From: an uncultured delta proteobacterium | GTDB taxonomy: Bacteria > Desulfobacterota > Syntrophia > Syntrophales > UBA2185 | Assembly (NCBI GenBank): GCA_963695875.1 | Contig: CAVOID010000007.1 | Location: 110,877-174,876, forward strand | Direction: 5' to 3' | Length of the DNA: 64,000 bases | Part shown: positions 41,821-50,195 of the stretch, in pieces | How positions within the stretch are numbered: the first letter of the stretch is position 1 | How the letters are laid out: every line of letters starts with the position of its first letter | The notes under the pieces: model-generated | What the model was told of the DNA's origin: nothing | Seen by the model: only the letters and a program-made list of their open reading frames with translations | Databases searched by the model: none | Translations under genes and position numbers: made by a program

Positions 41821-42543
41821 TTACCCTGCTTTGGCAGTCCTTGTGTCTTCATAATTTCTGGTAATGATATTTTGTATCCTGTCAATGAGGTCCTGTCGGG
41901 TTTCAATGGAATATCCGCTGACATCTACAGGCCTGTCAATGACCATGATTATCTTCCCGGGCTTTATCACTAGAGATCGCTTGGGCATAATTTCTCCAGC
42001 ACCTATAATGGATATAGGGACGATAGGGACTCCTGACTTTATGGCCAGGTAAAACATGCCCTGTTTAAAGGGCTTGATCTTTCCATCTTTGCTTCTTGTT
42101 CCTTCTGGGAAAGACATCACGGACTTCCCTTCCCGGATTTTCCGGGCTGCTTCTTCAAGGCTCATCATCGCTCTTTCACGGCTTTGCCTGTCAATCTCTA
42201 TGTATCCGGCATTCCGCATTGCTTTTCCAAAGAGTGGGATATTGAAGAGTTCCTTTTTAACAATCCAGCGAAATTGGCCGTGCAAATGAGCGAGAACGAT
42301 GAAAATGTCGAAATCACTTTGATGATTGGCCATAAATATCTGCGGCCTTTCCATCAAAACGTTTTCCGCACCTATAATCTCTACCCTGATATTGGTTAAT
42401 GTGAGGAGCATCTTGGCCCAGATGTTGGCCACCCTGTGGATTACGTTTTCATCCGGAGTAATATAAGCAAAAACGACGGCACATCCGGACATGAATGCAG
42501 TAACCGCCACACCGATTATTAATATAAGAACAGATCTGAACAT
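41821..42543 (-). CDS. plsC: 1-acyl-sn-glycerol-3-phosphate acyltransferase
   Basis: NHQSDFD, FPEGTRS, PIVP. Confidence 0.9.
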   Translation of the reverse strand: MFRSVLILIIGVAVTAFMSGCAVVFAYITPDENVIHRVANIWAKMLLTLTNIRVEIIGAENVLMERPQIFMANHQSDFDIFIVLAHLHGQFRWIVKKELFNIPLFGKAMRNAGYIEIDRQSRERAMMSLEEAARKIREGKSVMSFPEGTRSKDGKIKPFKQGMFYLAIKSGVPIVPISIIGAGEIMPKRSLVIKPGKIIMVIDRPVDVSGYSIETRQDLIDRIQNIITRNYEDTRTAKAG

Positions 42544-42668
42544 GGATCAATCCTTAATATGATCGATAACTTTTACGTTTGGTGGATATTTTTTACTTGA
42601 TAATATAGGCGAAGTCAATAAGGATTATTCCACCCGTTCAGTATAGATACTATATCCTGAGAAAAGGA

Positions 42669-42697
42669 TTGACAAAAGATGGTCATGATAATAGCAT
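42669..42697 (+). promoter_or_regulatory. Candidate sigma70 promoter upstream of rfaE1
   Basis: TTGACA-N17-TAGCAT. Confidence 0.5.
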
Positions 42698-42803
42698 TAC
42701 CACCCCAAGAAAATGCAGGATATTTTTTGCTGTGGAAATTTATGCAGTAAGCAGGTGAGGTTTAGTATATTTTTCTTTTTACTCTATTGTGACAATGTTT
42801 TCT

Positions 42804-43793
42804 ATGAAAAAAGTTGTTAATAAAAAAAGGGCCTTAGAAATAATTAGAAACTTTTCCAGATCAAGGGTTTTAGTGATCGGGGATATAATGGTCGATCATT
42901 TTATATGGGGCAGGGTATCACGGATTTCACCGGAGGCTCCCGTTCCCGTCGTGGAGGTCCAATCAGACAATTTTATGCTGGGTGGGTGTGCCAATGTGTT
43001 GAATAATATCTTTTCCTTGGGGGGCAAAGTATATGCAACCAGCGTTATTGGCTCCGATGACATGGGGGAAAAGTTGTTGGGGGAATTTCGCAAGAGACAT
43101 ATAGATACGGAAGGGATTATAGCGGAAGCAAACCGTCCGACCACGCTGAAGACCAGGATAGTGGCCCATAGTCAACAAGTTGTGAGATTTGATCAGGAAA
43201 GCAAAAAGTCTATTGAGCCAAAGAGTGTGGAGAAAATAATAAAATATGTAAAAAAGGTGATGGATGTACTGGATGCCATAGTTATCTCAGATTACAATAA
43301 AGGGGTTATTACAAAGCCTCTTATGGAAGGTATTCGTGAAGCAATATCAGGGAAAGGTATCCCTGTTTGTGTCGATCCCAAGCAGAATGATTTTTCCCTA
43401 TATCAGGGCTTTGACATAGTTACGCCTAATAATTATGAGGCCGGACGCGCCGCCGGTATGGATATTATGGATGGGCAGGATATCGCCAGAGTTGGGAAAA
43501 TGCTTCTTGACCGGTTTAATTTCAGGGCGCTTCTTATTACGCGCGGCGAAGAGGGAATGAGCCTTTTCGAAAAGAATGGCAAAATCATCCATACTGCCTT
43601 TCCGGCTGAAGCCAGGGAAGTTTTTGATGTGACCGGTGCCGGGGATACAGTCATTGGCGTCTTTGCTCTCTGTGTCGCCTCCGGGGCAACCTTTAAAGAG
43701 GCAGCAGCTCTGGCAAATTACGCTGCCGGAATTGTTGTAGGAAAGGTGGGAACGGCCATAATTTCTCAGGATGAATTAAGAGAGGTGCTATGA
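42804..43793 (+). CDS. rfaE1: D-glycero-D-manno-heptose-7-phosphate kinase (HldE domain I only)
   Basis: RISPEAPVPVV, SDYNKG, DVTGAGDTV, GIVVGKVGTA. Confidence 0.92.
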   Translation: MKKVVNKKRALEIIRNFSRSRVLVIGDIMVDHFIWGRVSRISPEAPVPVVEVQSDNFMLGGCANVLNNIFSLGGKVYATSVIGSDDMGEKLLGEFRKRHIDTEGIIAEANRPTTLKTRIVAHSQQVVRFDQESKKSIEPKSVEKIIKYVKKVMDVLDAIVISDYNKGVITKPLMEGIREAISGKGIPVCVDPKQNDFSLYQGFDIVTPNNYEAGRAAGMDIMDGQDIARVGKMLLDRFNFRALLITRGEEGMSLFEKNGKIIHTAFPAEAREVFDVTGAGDTVIGVFALCVASGATFKEAAALANYAAGIVVGKVGTAIISQDELREVL

Positions 43794-44314
43794 GCAAACC
43801 GCGGCCTGCAGAGGCAGTAAAGCTGCTCATGAGCACAATTTATGCGGATGATGATTTAGTAAAAAAGTTTCTTGACATATTATCTGAACACTACGGAGGT
43901 ATTGACTTAATCAGTACCCGGATGCCCTTTCATTATACCGACTATTATACGGGGGAAATGGGATCACGTCTTGTAAGGCGGGTTGTTGTTTTCGATACTT
44001 TGATCCGGCCTGAATCATTACCGGATGTTAAGCTGTTCACAAATGATGTGGAAGACAGATTTTCTGTAACTGGAAAAAGACAGGTTAATATTGATCCTGG
44101 CTATATATCGCAGGCTCATTTGATCCTTGCAACAGGCAAGGGTTATACTCATCGCCCCTACCTAAGGGATGGTATTTATGCCGATCTGACTCTGATTTAC
44201 AGAGGAAAGTCCTTTCATTCCCTGCCGTGGACTTACCCGGATTATGCAGAAAAACCTGCTATAGATATGCTTAACAGGATAAGATCGAGATATCTCATGC
44301 AGTTGAAACACTAA
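43790..44314 (+). CDS. DUF4416-family protein
   Basis: TDYYTGEMG, RQVNIDPGY, LATGK, HRPYLRDGIYADLTL, WTYPDY. Confidence 0.8.
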   Translation: MSKPRPAEAVKLLMSTIYADDDLVKKFLDILSEHYGGIDLISTRMPFHYTDYYTGEMGSRLVRRVVVFDTLIRPESLPDVKLFTNDVEDRFSVTGKRQVNIDPGYISQAHLILATGKGYTHRPYLRDGIYADLTLIYRGKSFHSLPWTYPDYAEKPAIDMLNRIRSRYLMQLKH

Positions 44315-44403
44315 AAAAGACAGGACACAGGAGGCAGGAGTCAAAAGGAAGGGTGATAATTTCTGTTTCCTGAGTTCTGCATTATCATTGGTAGGAGTAT
44401 GTG

Positions 44404-45288
44404 ATGATTCAAAGTATGACCGGCTATGGCAGGACTGAAGCTGTTCTGAATGGTAAAAGATATACTGTGGAAATCAAATCTCTCAATCATCGTTATCTCG
44501 AGATTTCCCTTCGGCTTCCTGCTGTTCTTTCCACTCTCGAGTTGGAGATTAAAAAAAAGATTAGTGGAAAGTTAAGCCGTGGCAGGACAGAAGTGAACAT
44601 CAGGATGGATTCTGAATACGGTTCCGTAAGTGAAGGCAGGTATGAGTTAAATCTTCCACTTATTCGGAATTATTATGAACTGCTTGGGCAATTGAGAGGG
44701 GAGCTTGGACTTAAAGAGGAGATTACTTTAAATATGGTCGCCGGGTTTAGAGATGCGTTTATTCTGAAGGAACCTGGTCTTGATTTATCCGTTATCTGGG
44801 AAGAATTGGAAGTGGTACTTAATAAGGCAATGGATGCTTTATTGGAGATGAGAAAAAAGGAGGGGGAAGTCATCTACCATGATTTGATTCTGAGAATAGA
44901 TCTGATCATGAAGTCCCTCAATTCAATCGAATCACGGGCACCGCAGGTAGTCTTAGAATATCGGAAGCGACTTGGCGAGCGGGTAAAGGAGCTTACCGGG
45001 GGGATAGTGGTTGATGACCTTCGATTGGCCCAGGAAGTTGCCATTATGGCTGAAAAGAGCGACATAACGGAGGAGATTGTCCGCCTAAAAAGCCACATAA
45101 TTCAGTTTGGCGATTTATTAAAAGGTAACGATGCCGTCGGAAGAAACATAGATTTCTTAATACAGGAGATGATCAGAGAGATAAATACCATGGGCTCTAA
45201 AAGCAGTGATGCAGAGATATCAAAGATGGTTATTGATATCAAGAGTGAGCTTGCCAGAATAAGAGAGCAGGCACAGAACATTGAATGA
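44404..45288 (+). CDS. yicC: YicC/YloC-family endoribonuclease
   Basis: SMTGYG, KSLNHRYL, DITEEIVRL, REINTMGSK, REQAQNIE. Confidence 0.93.
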   Translation: MIQSMTGYGRTEAVLNGKRYTVEIKSLNHRYLEISLRLPAVLSTLELEIKKKISGKLSRGRTEVNIRMDSEYGSVSEGRYELNLPLIRNYYELLGQLRGELGLKEEITLNMVAGFRDAFILKEPGLDLSVIWEELEVVLNKAMDALLEMRKKEGEVIYHDLILRIDLIMKSLNSIESRAPQVVLEYRKRLGERVKELTGGIVVDDLRLAQEVAIMAEKSDITEEIVRLKSHIIQFGDLLKGNDAVGRNIDFLIQEMIREINTMGSKSSDAEISKMVIDIKSELARIREQAQNIE

Positions 45289-45904
45289 AAACTTTTTAAA
45301 TAAGTCGGAAGGATTGTATATTGTAGTTTCTGCACCTTCAGGTACTGGAAAGACTTCTATTTTGCGAGAGGTCTTGAAGACATGTCCGAACATGCTTTTT
45401 TCTGTTTCCTATACTACTAGGCCACCGCGTCAAGGTGAGGAAGACGGGAAAGATTATTATTTTGTTTCCGAGGAGTCTTTCAGAGACAGGATATCCCTGG
45501 GAGAATTCGCTGAGTGGGAAGAAAATTATGGATGTCTCTATGGGACATCGGCAAATACGATGAAGACATTTTTAGAGAAAGGGTTTGATCTGATACTGGA
45601 TCTTGAGTCCCGGGGTGCAAAGACGTTAAAAAAGGATTACCCGGGTGGCGTATTTGTATTTATCCTTCCCCCATCAATTGATGAGTTAAAGAAAAGATTG
45701 AAAAGAAGGGGGTTTGAAAGTGAACAAACGGTGAACAAACGCATGGATAAGGCTTTAGATGAAATCAGGGAGATTATATGGTATGATTATGTAATTGTTA
45801 ATGATGAAATAGAAACTGCTGTTGATGTTCTGAGGTCGATATATGTGGCAGAAAAAAGTAGAAGGGAAAGATTAGTGAATAAAATAAAGGATTTTCTAGT
45901 ATGA
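45281..45904 (+). CDS. gmk: Guanylate kinase
   Basis: SAPSGTGKT, SYTTRPPR, DYYF, FILPPS. Confidence 0.95.
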   Translation: MNENFLNKSEGLYIVVSAPSGTGKTSILREVLKTCPNMLFSVSYTTRPPRQGEEDGKDYYFVSEESFRDRISLGEFAEWEENYGCLYGTSANTMKTFLEKGFDLILDLESRGAKTLKKDYPGGVFVFILPPSIDELKKRLKRRGFESEQTVNKRMDKALDEIREIIWYDYVIVNDEIETAVDVLRSIYVAEKSRRERLVNKIKDFLV

Positions 45905-45920
45905 GGAGGTCATTAGAAAG

Positions 45921-46193
45921 ATGGCGAGAATTACCGTTGAAGACTCATTGAAGGTGGCAAAAAACAGATTTGCTTTAGTTGTTTTGACTGCAAAAAGAAC
46001 AAGACAACTACTTAAAGGTTCGAAACCTCTGACGGATATAAAAAATAACAGGGAAATTGTGGCTGCCCTCAGGGAAATCGCCGCCGAAAAAGTAATGTAT
46101 GCCAATCCTGAATATTTACAGGGCATCAAAGTAGATTATAAACCCCTATTAGACGATACGGAATTTATTGATGATGAGGAGTACCTTGAATAG
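45921..46193 (+). CDS. rpoZ: RNA polymerase omega subunit
   Basis: MARITVED, NRFALV, ALREIA. Confidence 0.95.
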   Translation: MARITVEDSLKVAKNRFALVVLTAKRTRQLLKGSKPLTDIKNNREIVAALREIAAEKVMYANPEYLQGIKVDYKPLLDDTEFIDDEEYLE

Positions 46194-46936
46194 AAATCCA
46201 CGGGAGATGCTTATTTTTGCCCTTGATGTTGGGAAGGGTATAGACGAGGCAATCTCATGGGTCGAACGGCTCAAGGATACTGTAGAAATATTTAAGGTAG
46301 GAAAGGAATGCTTTACCCGCTATGGTCCTTGTGTCATTGATATGATAAGGGAAAGAGGTAAAAAAGTCTTTCTCGACCTAAAGTTTCATGATATTCCGCA
46401 TACAGTAGCCGGTGCTGCTGCTGGGGCTGTGGAACACGGGGTTTACATGTTTAACGTTCATGCACTTGGCGGGAGAAAGATGATGGAGGAAACTGTTACC
46501 GCAGTTAATAGGGCAGTCAAGGAAGTTGGCGTGTCGATGCCCATAATCCTAGCGGTAACCGTGTTGACGAGTTTAAATGACAGTGATCTAATGCAACTGG
46601 GATTTAATTGCTCAGCGGATGAACTTGCAACACGTCTGGCAAGAATTGCGCAGGAATCCGGTAGTTTCCGGTGTTGTAGCATCAGCCCATGATATTGATA
46701 ATATTCGCAGGGCATGTGGATATGATTTTATAATTGTGACACCTGGTATTAGAGATGCAGTCGCAGTGGATGATGATCAGAAAAGAACATCTACGGTTAG
46801 AGATGCCATAATGCGAGGTGCTGATTACATAGTAGTTGGTAGACCCATCAGGAAAGCAACAGATCCGGTTCGTAAGGCAGAAGAGATTGTGCGCGAGATT
46901 ACTGAAGGTCTTGCAATGCGACAAGAAGTAGTATAA
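46186..46936 (+). CDS. pyrF: Orotidine-5'-phosphate decarboxylase (frameshift near 46660)
   Basis: ALD, FLDLKFHDIPHT, VTVLTS, TPGIR, DDQKR, VVGRPI. Confidence 0.93.
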
Positions 46937-47019
46937 TATTACGGAGCTTTTTTCCGAAGAGCTCATTGTCATATCAAGTGTACGTTCATAGATGTTGCGG
47001 TTATTGATGGAGCAATGGT

Positions 47020-47766
47020 TTGCAGGTAATCTTTGGGATTAATCCTCTGCTGGAGGCTCTTAAGAGTCAGAAAGAGGGGATCGAAAAAGTCGTTGTTGCC
47101 CAGGGAAGAGGAGGAGCTGCTATCCAGAAAATCCTGAATCTTGCTAAGCAGGGAGTGATTCCCGTTGAGTTCAGGGAAAGGAGCTATTTAGACAGGCAGG
47201 CAGGTCATAAATTCCATCAGGGTGTTATTGGTATTTGTGAAAATTTCGCTTATGTGAGTGTGGATGACGTTATTGCAAACCGTCATGTCGATTTTACAAA
47301 TGATTTGATTCTGGTACTTGATGGTATTACGGATCCTCAAAATTTGGGTTCTCTCATAAGAAGCGCCCATTGTTTCGGTGCCAATGGGGTTATCATACCT
47401 GAGAATCGTTCGGCGGCAGTGACAGCGACAGTGGTAAAAGCATCTGCAGGGGCTGTTCACCATATACCTATTGCCACGGTTGTCAACCTGTCTAATACTA
47501 TTGAGTATTTAAAGGAAAAAGGATTTTGGATATACGGTACAGATCCTGTATTCGGCAAAAATATCAGTACATTTGATTATAAGGGTCACATTGGTCTTGT
47601 CATGGGTAGCGAAGGAAAGGGCATGAGGCCGCTAATCAAAAAAAAATGTGACTTTCTACTTTCGATACCAACGATGGGCAAGATAGACTCACTGAATGTT
47701 TCAGTAGCAGCGGGAATTATCCTCTATGAGGATATTGAGATCATGGGGGAAAGTCTGAGGGTTTGA
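47020..47766 (+). CDS. rlmB: 23S rRNA G2251 2'-O-methyltransferase
   Basis: HQGV, DPQNLG, GSEGKG, SLNVSVA (SPOUT). Confidence 0.92.
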   Translation: MQVIFGINPLLEALKSQKEGIEKVVVAQGRGGAAIQKILNLAKQGVIPVEFRERSYLDRQAGHKFHQGVIGICENFAYVSVDDVIANRHVDFTNDLILVLDGITDPQNLGSLIRSAHCFGANGVIIPENRSAAVTATVVKASAGAVHHIPIATVVNLSNTIEYLKEKGFWIYGTDPVFGKNISTFDYKGHIGLVMGSEGKGMRPLIKKKCDFLLSIPTMGKIDSLNVSVAAGIILYEDIEIMGESLRV

Positions 47767-47778
47767 AGGGGGTCAATT

Positions 47779-48990
47779 ATGGCAGTATTCATTTGGGAAG
47801 CAGCAACAAAAAGGGGTGAGATAAAAAAAGGCGAAATGGATGCCACTGATGAAACTGTGGTCAGGGGACTCCTTCGTAGGCAGGGCTTGAAATCAATCAC
47901 CGTAAAGCAAAAGCCAAAGGATCTCTTGGAATATTTGCCTTTTCTGAAGCAGAAGGTTAAGGAGAAAAACATAGTTGTTTTTGCTCGAATATTTTCCACC
48001 ATGATTAATGCAGGTCTCCCCCTTATCCAGTGTCTCGATTTGCTGGCCCAGCAGGAAGAGAACAAAACATTTGCCAAAATCATAACGTCAGTGAAGGAAG
48101 ATATTGAAGGTGGATCGACTTTGCAGGATGCCTTGAAAAAGTACCCCGCGGTCTTTGATGAACTTTTTGTCAATCTCGTTGCCGCCGGGGAAAGTGGAGG
48201 TATTCTCGACGTTATTCTCATTCGTCTTTCAAACTACATGGAAAAGACAATGAAGTTAAAAAGCAAGGTCAAAGGCTCGTTGGTCTACCCTATCATTGTT
48301 CTTGTTGTCTCCATAGCAGTCATCACCCTTTTACTAGTTTACGTTATACCGGTTTTCAAGAAAATGTTCGAAGGCATGGGCGGTCAGTTGCCGGGTCCCA
48401 CGCAATTTCTTATCAGTGTCAGCGATTATGCGGTTAGCTATTTCCCCTATGTAGTTGGCGGTTTTGTCTTATTCGTATTTCTCTTTCGAAGATATTACCG
48501 CACGGAAAAGGGGAGACTTACAATTGATGCCCTCGTGTTGAAGGCGCCGATATTCGGGCCGTTACTTACAAAAGTTGCTGTAGCGAAATTTACCCGAACC
48601 CTTTCTACCATGATGGCTAGCGGAGTTCCGATTCTCGAGGGACTCAATATTGTTAGTAAGACCGCTGGCAATGTAATTGTCGAGAATGCTATAATGAAGA
48701 CAAGGCAGAGCATCAGTGAGGGGAGAACTATTGCAGAGCCCCTTGCGGAAACAAAAATCTTTCCCCCCATGGTGGTTCAAATGATTGCCGTTGGTGAAGC
48801 TACAGGTGCCCTCGATGCGATGCTGGCCAAAATTGCAGATTTTTATGACGACGAAGTAGACGCTGCGGTAGCAGCAATGACGACAATGCTCGAACCTTTT
48901 ATGATGGTTTTTCTCGGGATTGTTGTGGGAGGAATGATCATTTGCATGTACCTTCCCATCTTCAAGATGGCTTCGGTGGTTGCCGGTTAA
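47779..48990 (+). CDS. pilC: Type IV pilus inner-membrane platform protein (GspF/PilC)
   Basis: AGLPL, AAGESGG, YP, VGEATG, MYLPIF. Confidence 0.9.
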   Translation: MAVFIWEAATKRGEIKKGEMDATDETVVRGLLRRQGLKSITVKQKPKDLLEYLPFLKQKVKEKNIVVFARIFSTMINAGLPLIQCLDLLAQQEENKTFAKIITSVKEDIEGGSTLQDALKKYPAVFDELFVNLVAAGESGGILDVILIRLSNYMEKTMKLKSKVKGSLVYPIIVLVVSIAVITLLLVYVIPVFKKMFEGMGGQLPGPTQFLISVSDYAVSYFPYVVGGFVLFVFLFRRYYRTEKGRLTIDALVLKAPIFGPLLTKVAVAKFTRTLSTMMASGVPILEGLNIVSKTAGNVIVENAIMKTRQSISEGRTIAEPLAETKIFPPMVVQMIAVGEATGALDAMLAKIADFYDDEVDAAVAAMTTMLEPFMMVFLGIVVGGMIICMYLPIFKMASVVAG

Positions 48991-49141
48991 TACTTGATAC
49001 TTCAGGGATAAACTATAAGCACGAAGTCTGAGATACTAAAACTATATCAAAATCTAAATGACCACAACATTTAGAACTTTGATAACAGTGGTATTTAATA
49101 TGTTTAGGAGTTACATGTGGTATTTATGATTTATATTGGAA

Positions 49142-49218
49142 TGGTCGGGATGGCGCGATTTGAACGCGCGACTCCTGCGTCCCGAACGCAGTGCCCTACC
49201 GGACTGGGCCACATCCCG
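49142..49218 (-). tRNA. tRNA-Pro (CGG)
   Basis: Minus strand cgggatg...catcccg-acca cloverleaf; anticodon arm ctgcg-ttCGGga-cgcag. Confidence 0.95.
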
Positions 49219-49277
49219 ACACGATGTGAAAGATATATAATTAGATAGTAAATGTCCATAATTATTTTTACCGTTTT

Positions 49278-49408
49278 GTAAAAAGTCTATATTCTGCGTT
49301 GCGCTTCGTCCTTTGTCACTGTAGCGTATGACACTGTACGACTCATTCCTCCAGTGAGTGTATCCTGAGCCTGACGAAGGACATGCCGTGTAACTTAAGC
49401 TTTCTACT
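49278..49408 (+). repeat. Degenerate ~130-bp intergenic element, copy A
   Basis: gtaaaaagtc...ctgcgttgcgcttcgtcctttgtcactg...ctcattcc...tgccgtgtaact...ttctac; homologous inverted copy at 49964..50135. Confidence 0.6.
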
Positions 49409-49485
49409 CTGCCGTTCTTTGCCACAGGTTTTTTAACTTGATTTGCTGACATTATTTTTTGAGTATTCATGGGAGAACATAGCCA

Positions 49486-49902
49486 GTGATAATATATGAC
49501 CTCAAATGTGAAAAAGGACATAAATTCGAGGGATGGTTTAAAGACAGAAGTGCATTTGAAAATCAGAAATCCAAAAGGCTTATAACCTGTCCCGTTTGTG
49601 GGAATTCTGATGTAGAGATGATACCTTCCACAATGTCTATCATGGCAAGAGACACCAAGGCAATTAACAGGGAAAATGTAGAGGAATTATCTATGCCGAG
49701 GGCCATAAAGTTATTCCATGAATACCTCAATAAGAATTTTGATGATGTAGGCAAAAAGTTTACCGATATAGCCTTGAAGATGCACCATGGGGAGGAAGAG
49801 AAAAGAAATATCAAAGGGACTACTACTGAAAGTGAAGAAGATATTCTCAGGGAAGAAGGCGTTCAATTCTTCAAAATTCCCGTGACCAAATTTGACAGCT
49901 AA
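49486..49902 (+). CDS. DUF1178-family zinc-ribbon protein
   Basis: MIIYDLKCEKGHKFEGWF, CPVCG, DVGKKF, MHHGE, IKG. Confidence 0.85.
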   Translation: MIIYDLKCEKGHKFEGWFKDRSAFENQKSKRLITCPVCGNSDVEMIPSTMSIMARDTKAINRENVEELSMPRAIKLFHEYLNKNFDDVGKKFTDIALKMHHGEEEKRNIKGTTTESEEDILREEGVQFFKIPVTKFDS

Positions 49903-49963
49903 AGTTGAATGATCTGTGTTGATCTCGTAGACGGTTGTATTCCAGATTAATATAGGCGGCTTT

Positions 49964-50135
49964 ATAGAAAGTTACATAGGCAGGATACGTGGCGCTGGCC
50001 AACGACGAGCACTAGACAATCCTGATCAAGTTTTCTTAAGCCCTGGCTGTAAGGATTTATGGATGAGGCATAAAGAGACGTAACCCTCAGTAACGAGGGA
50101 TGAAGTGCAAACTAAGCGTTTGGACTTTTACGAAG
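49964..50135 (-). repeat. Degenerate intergenic element, copy B (inverted)
   Basis: Minus strand gtaaaagtc...gtttgcacttcatccctcgttactg...ctcatcc...tgcctatgtaactttctat. Confidence 0.55.
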
Positions 50136-50195
50136 CCCCAATCTTTTTACTTTGTGAAGTCTGTTGTATCTATCCTTTTTATCAGTAATAACATC

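Noticed and set aside
49142..49218. tRNA-Pro as a prophage or island attachment site
   Set aside because: No integrase and no duplicated tRNA 3' end found in the window.
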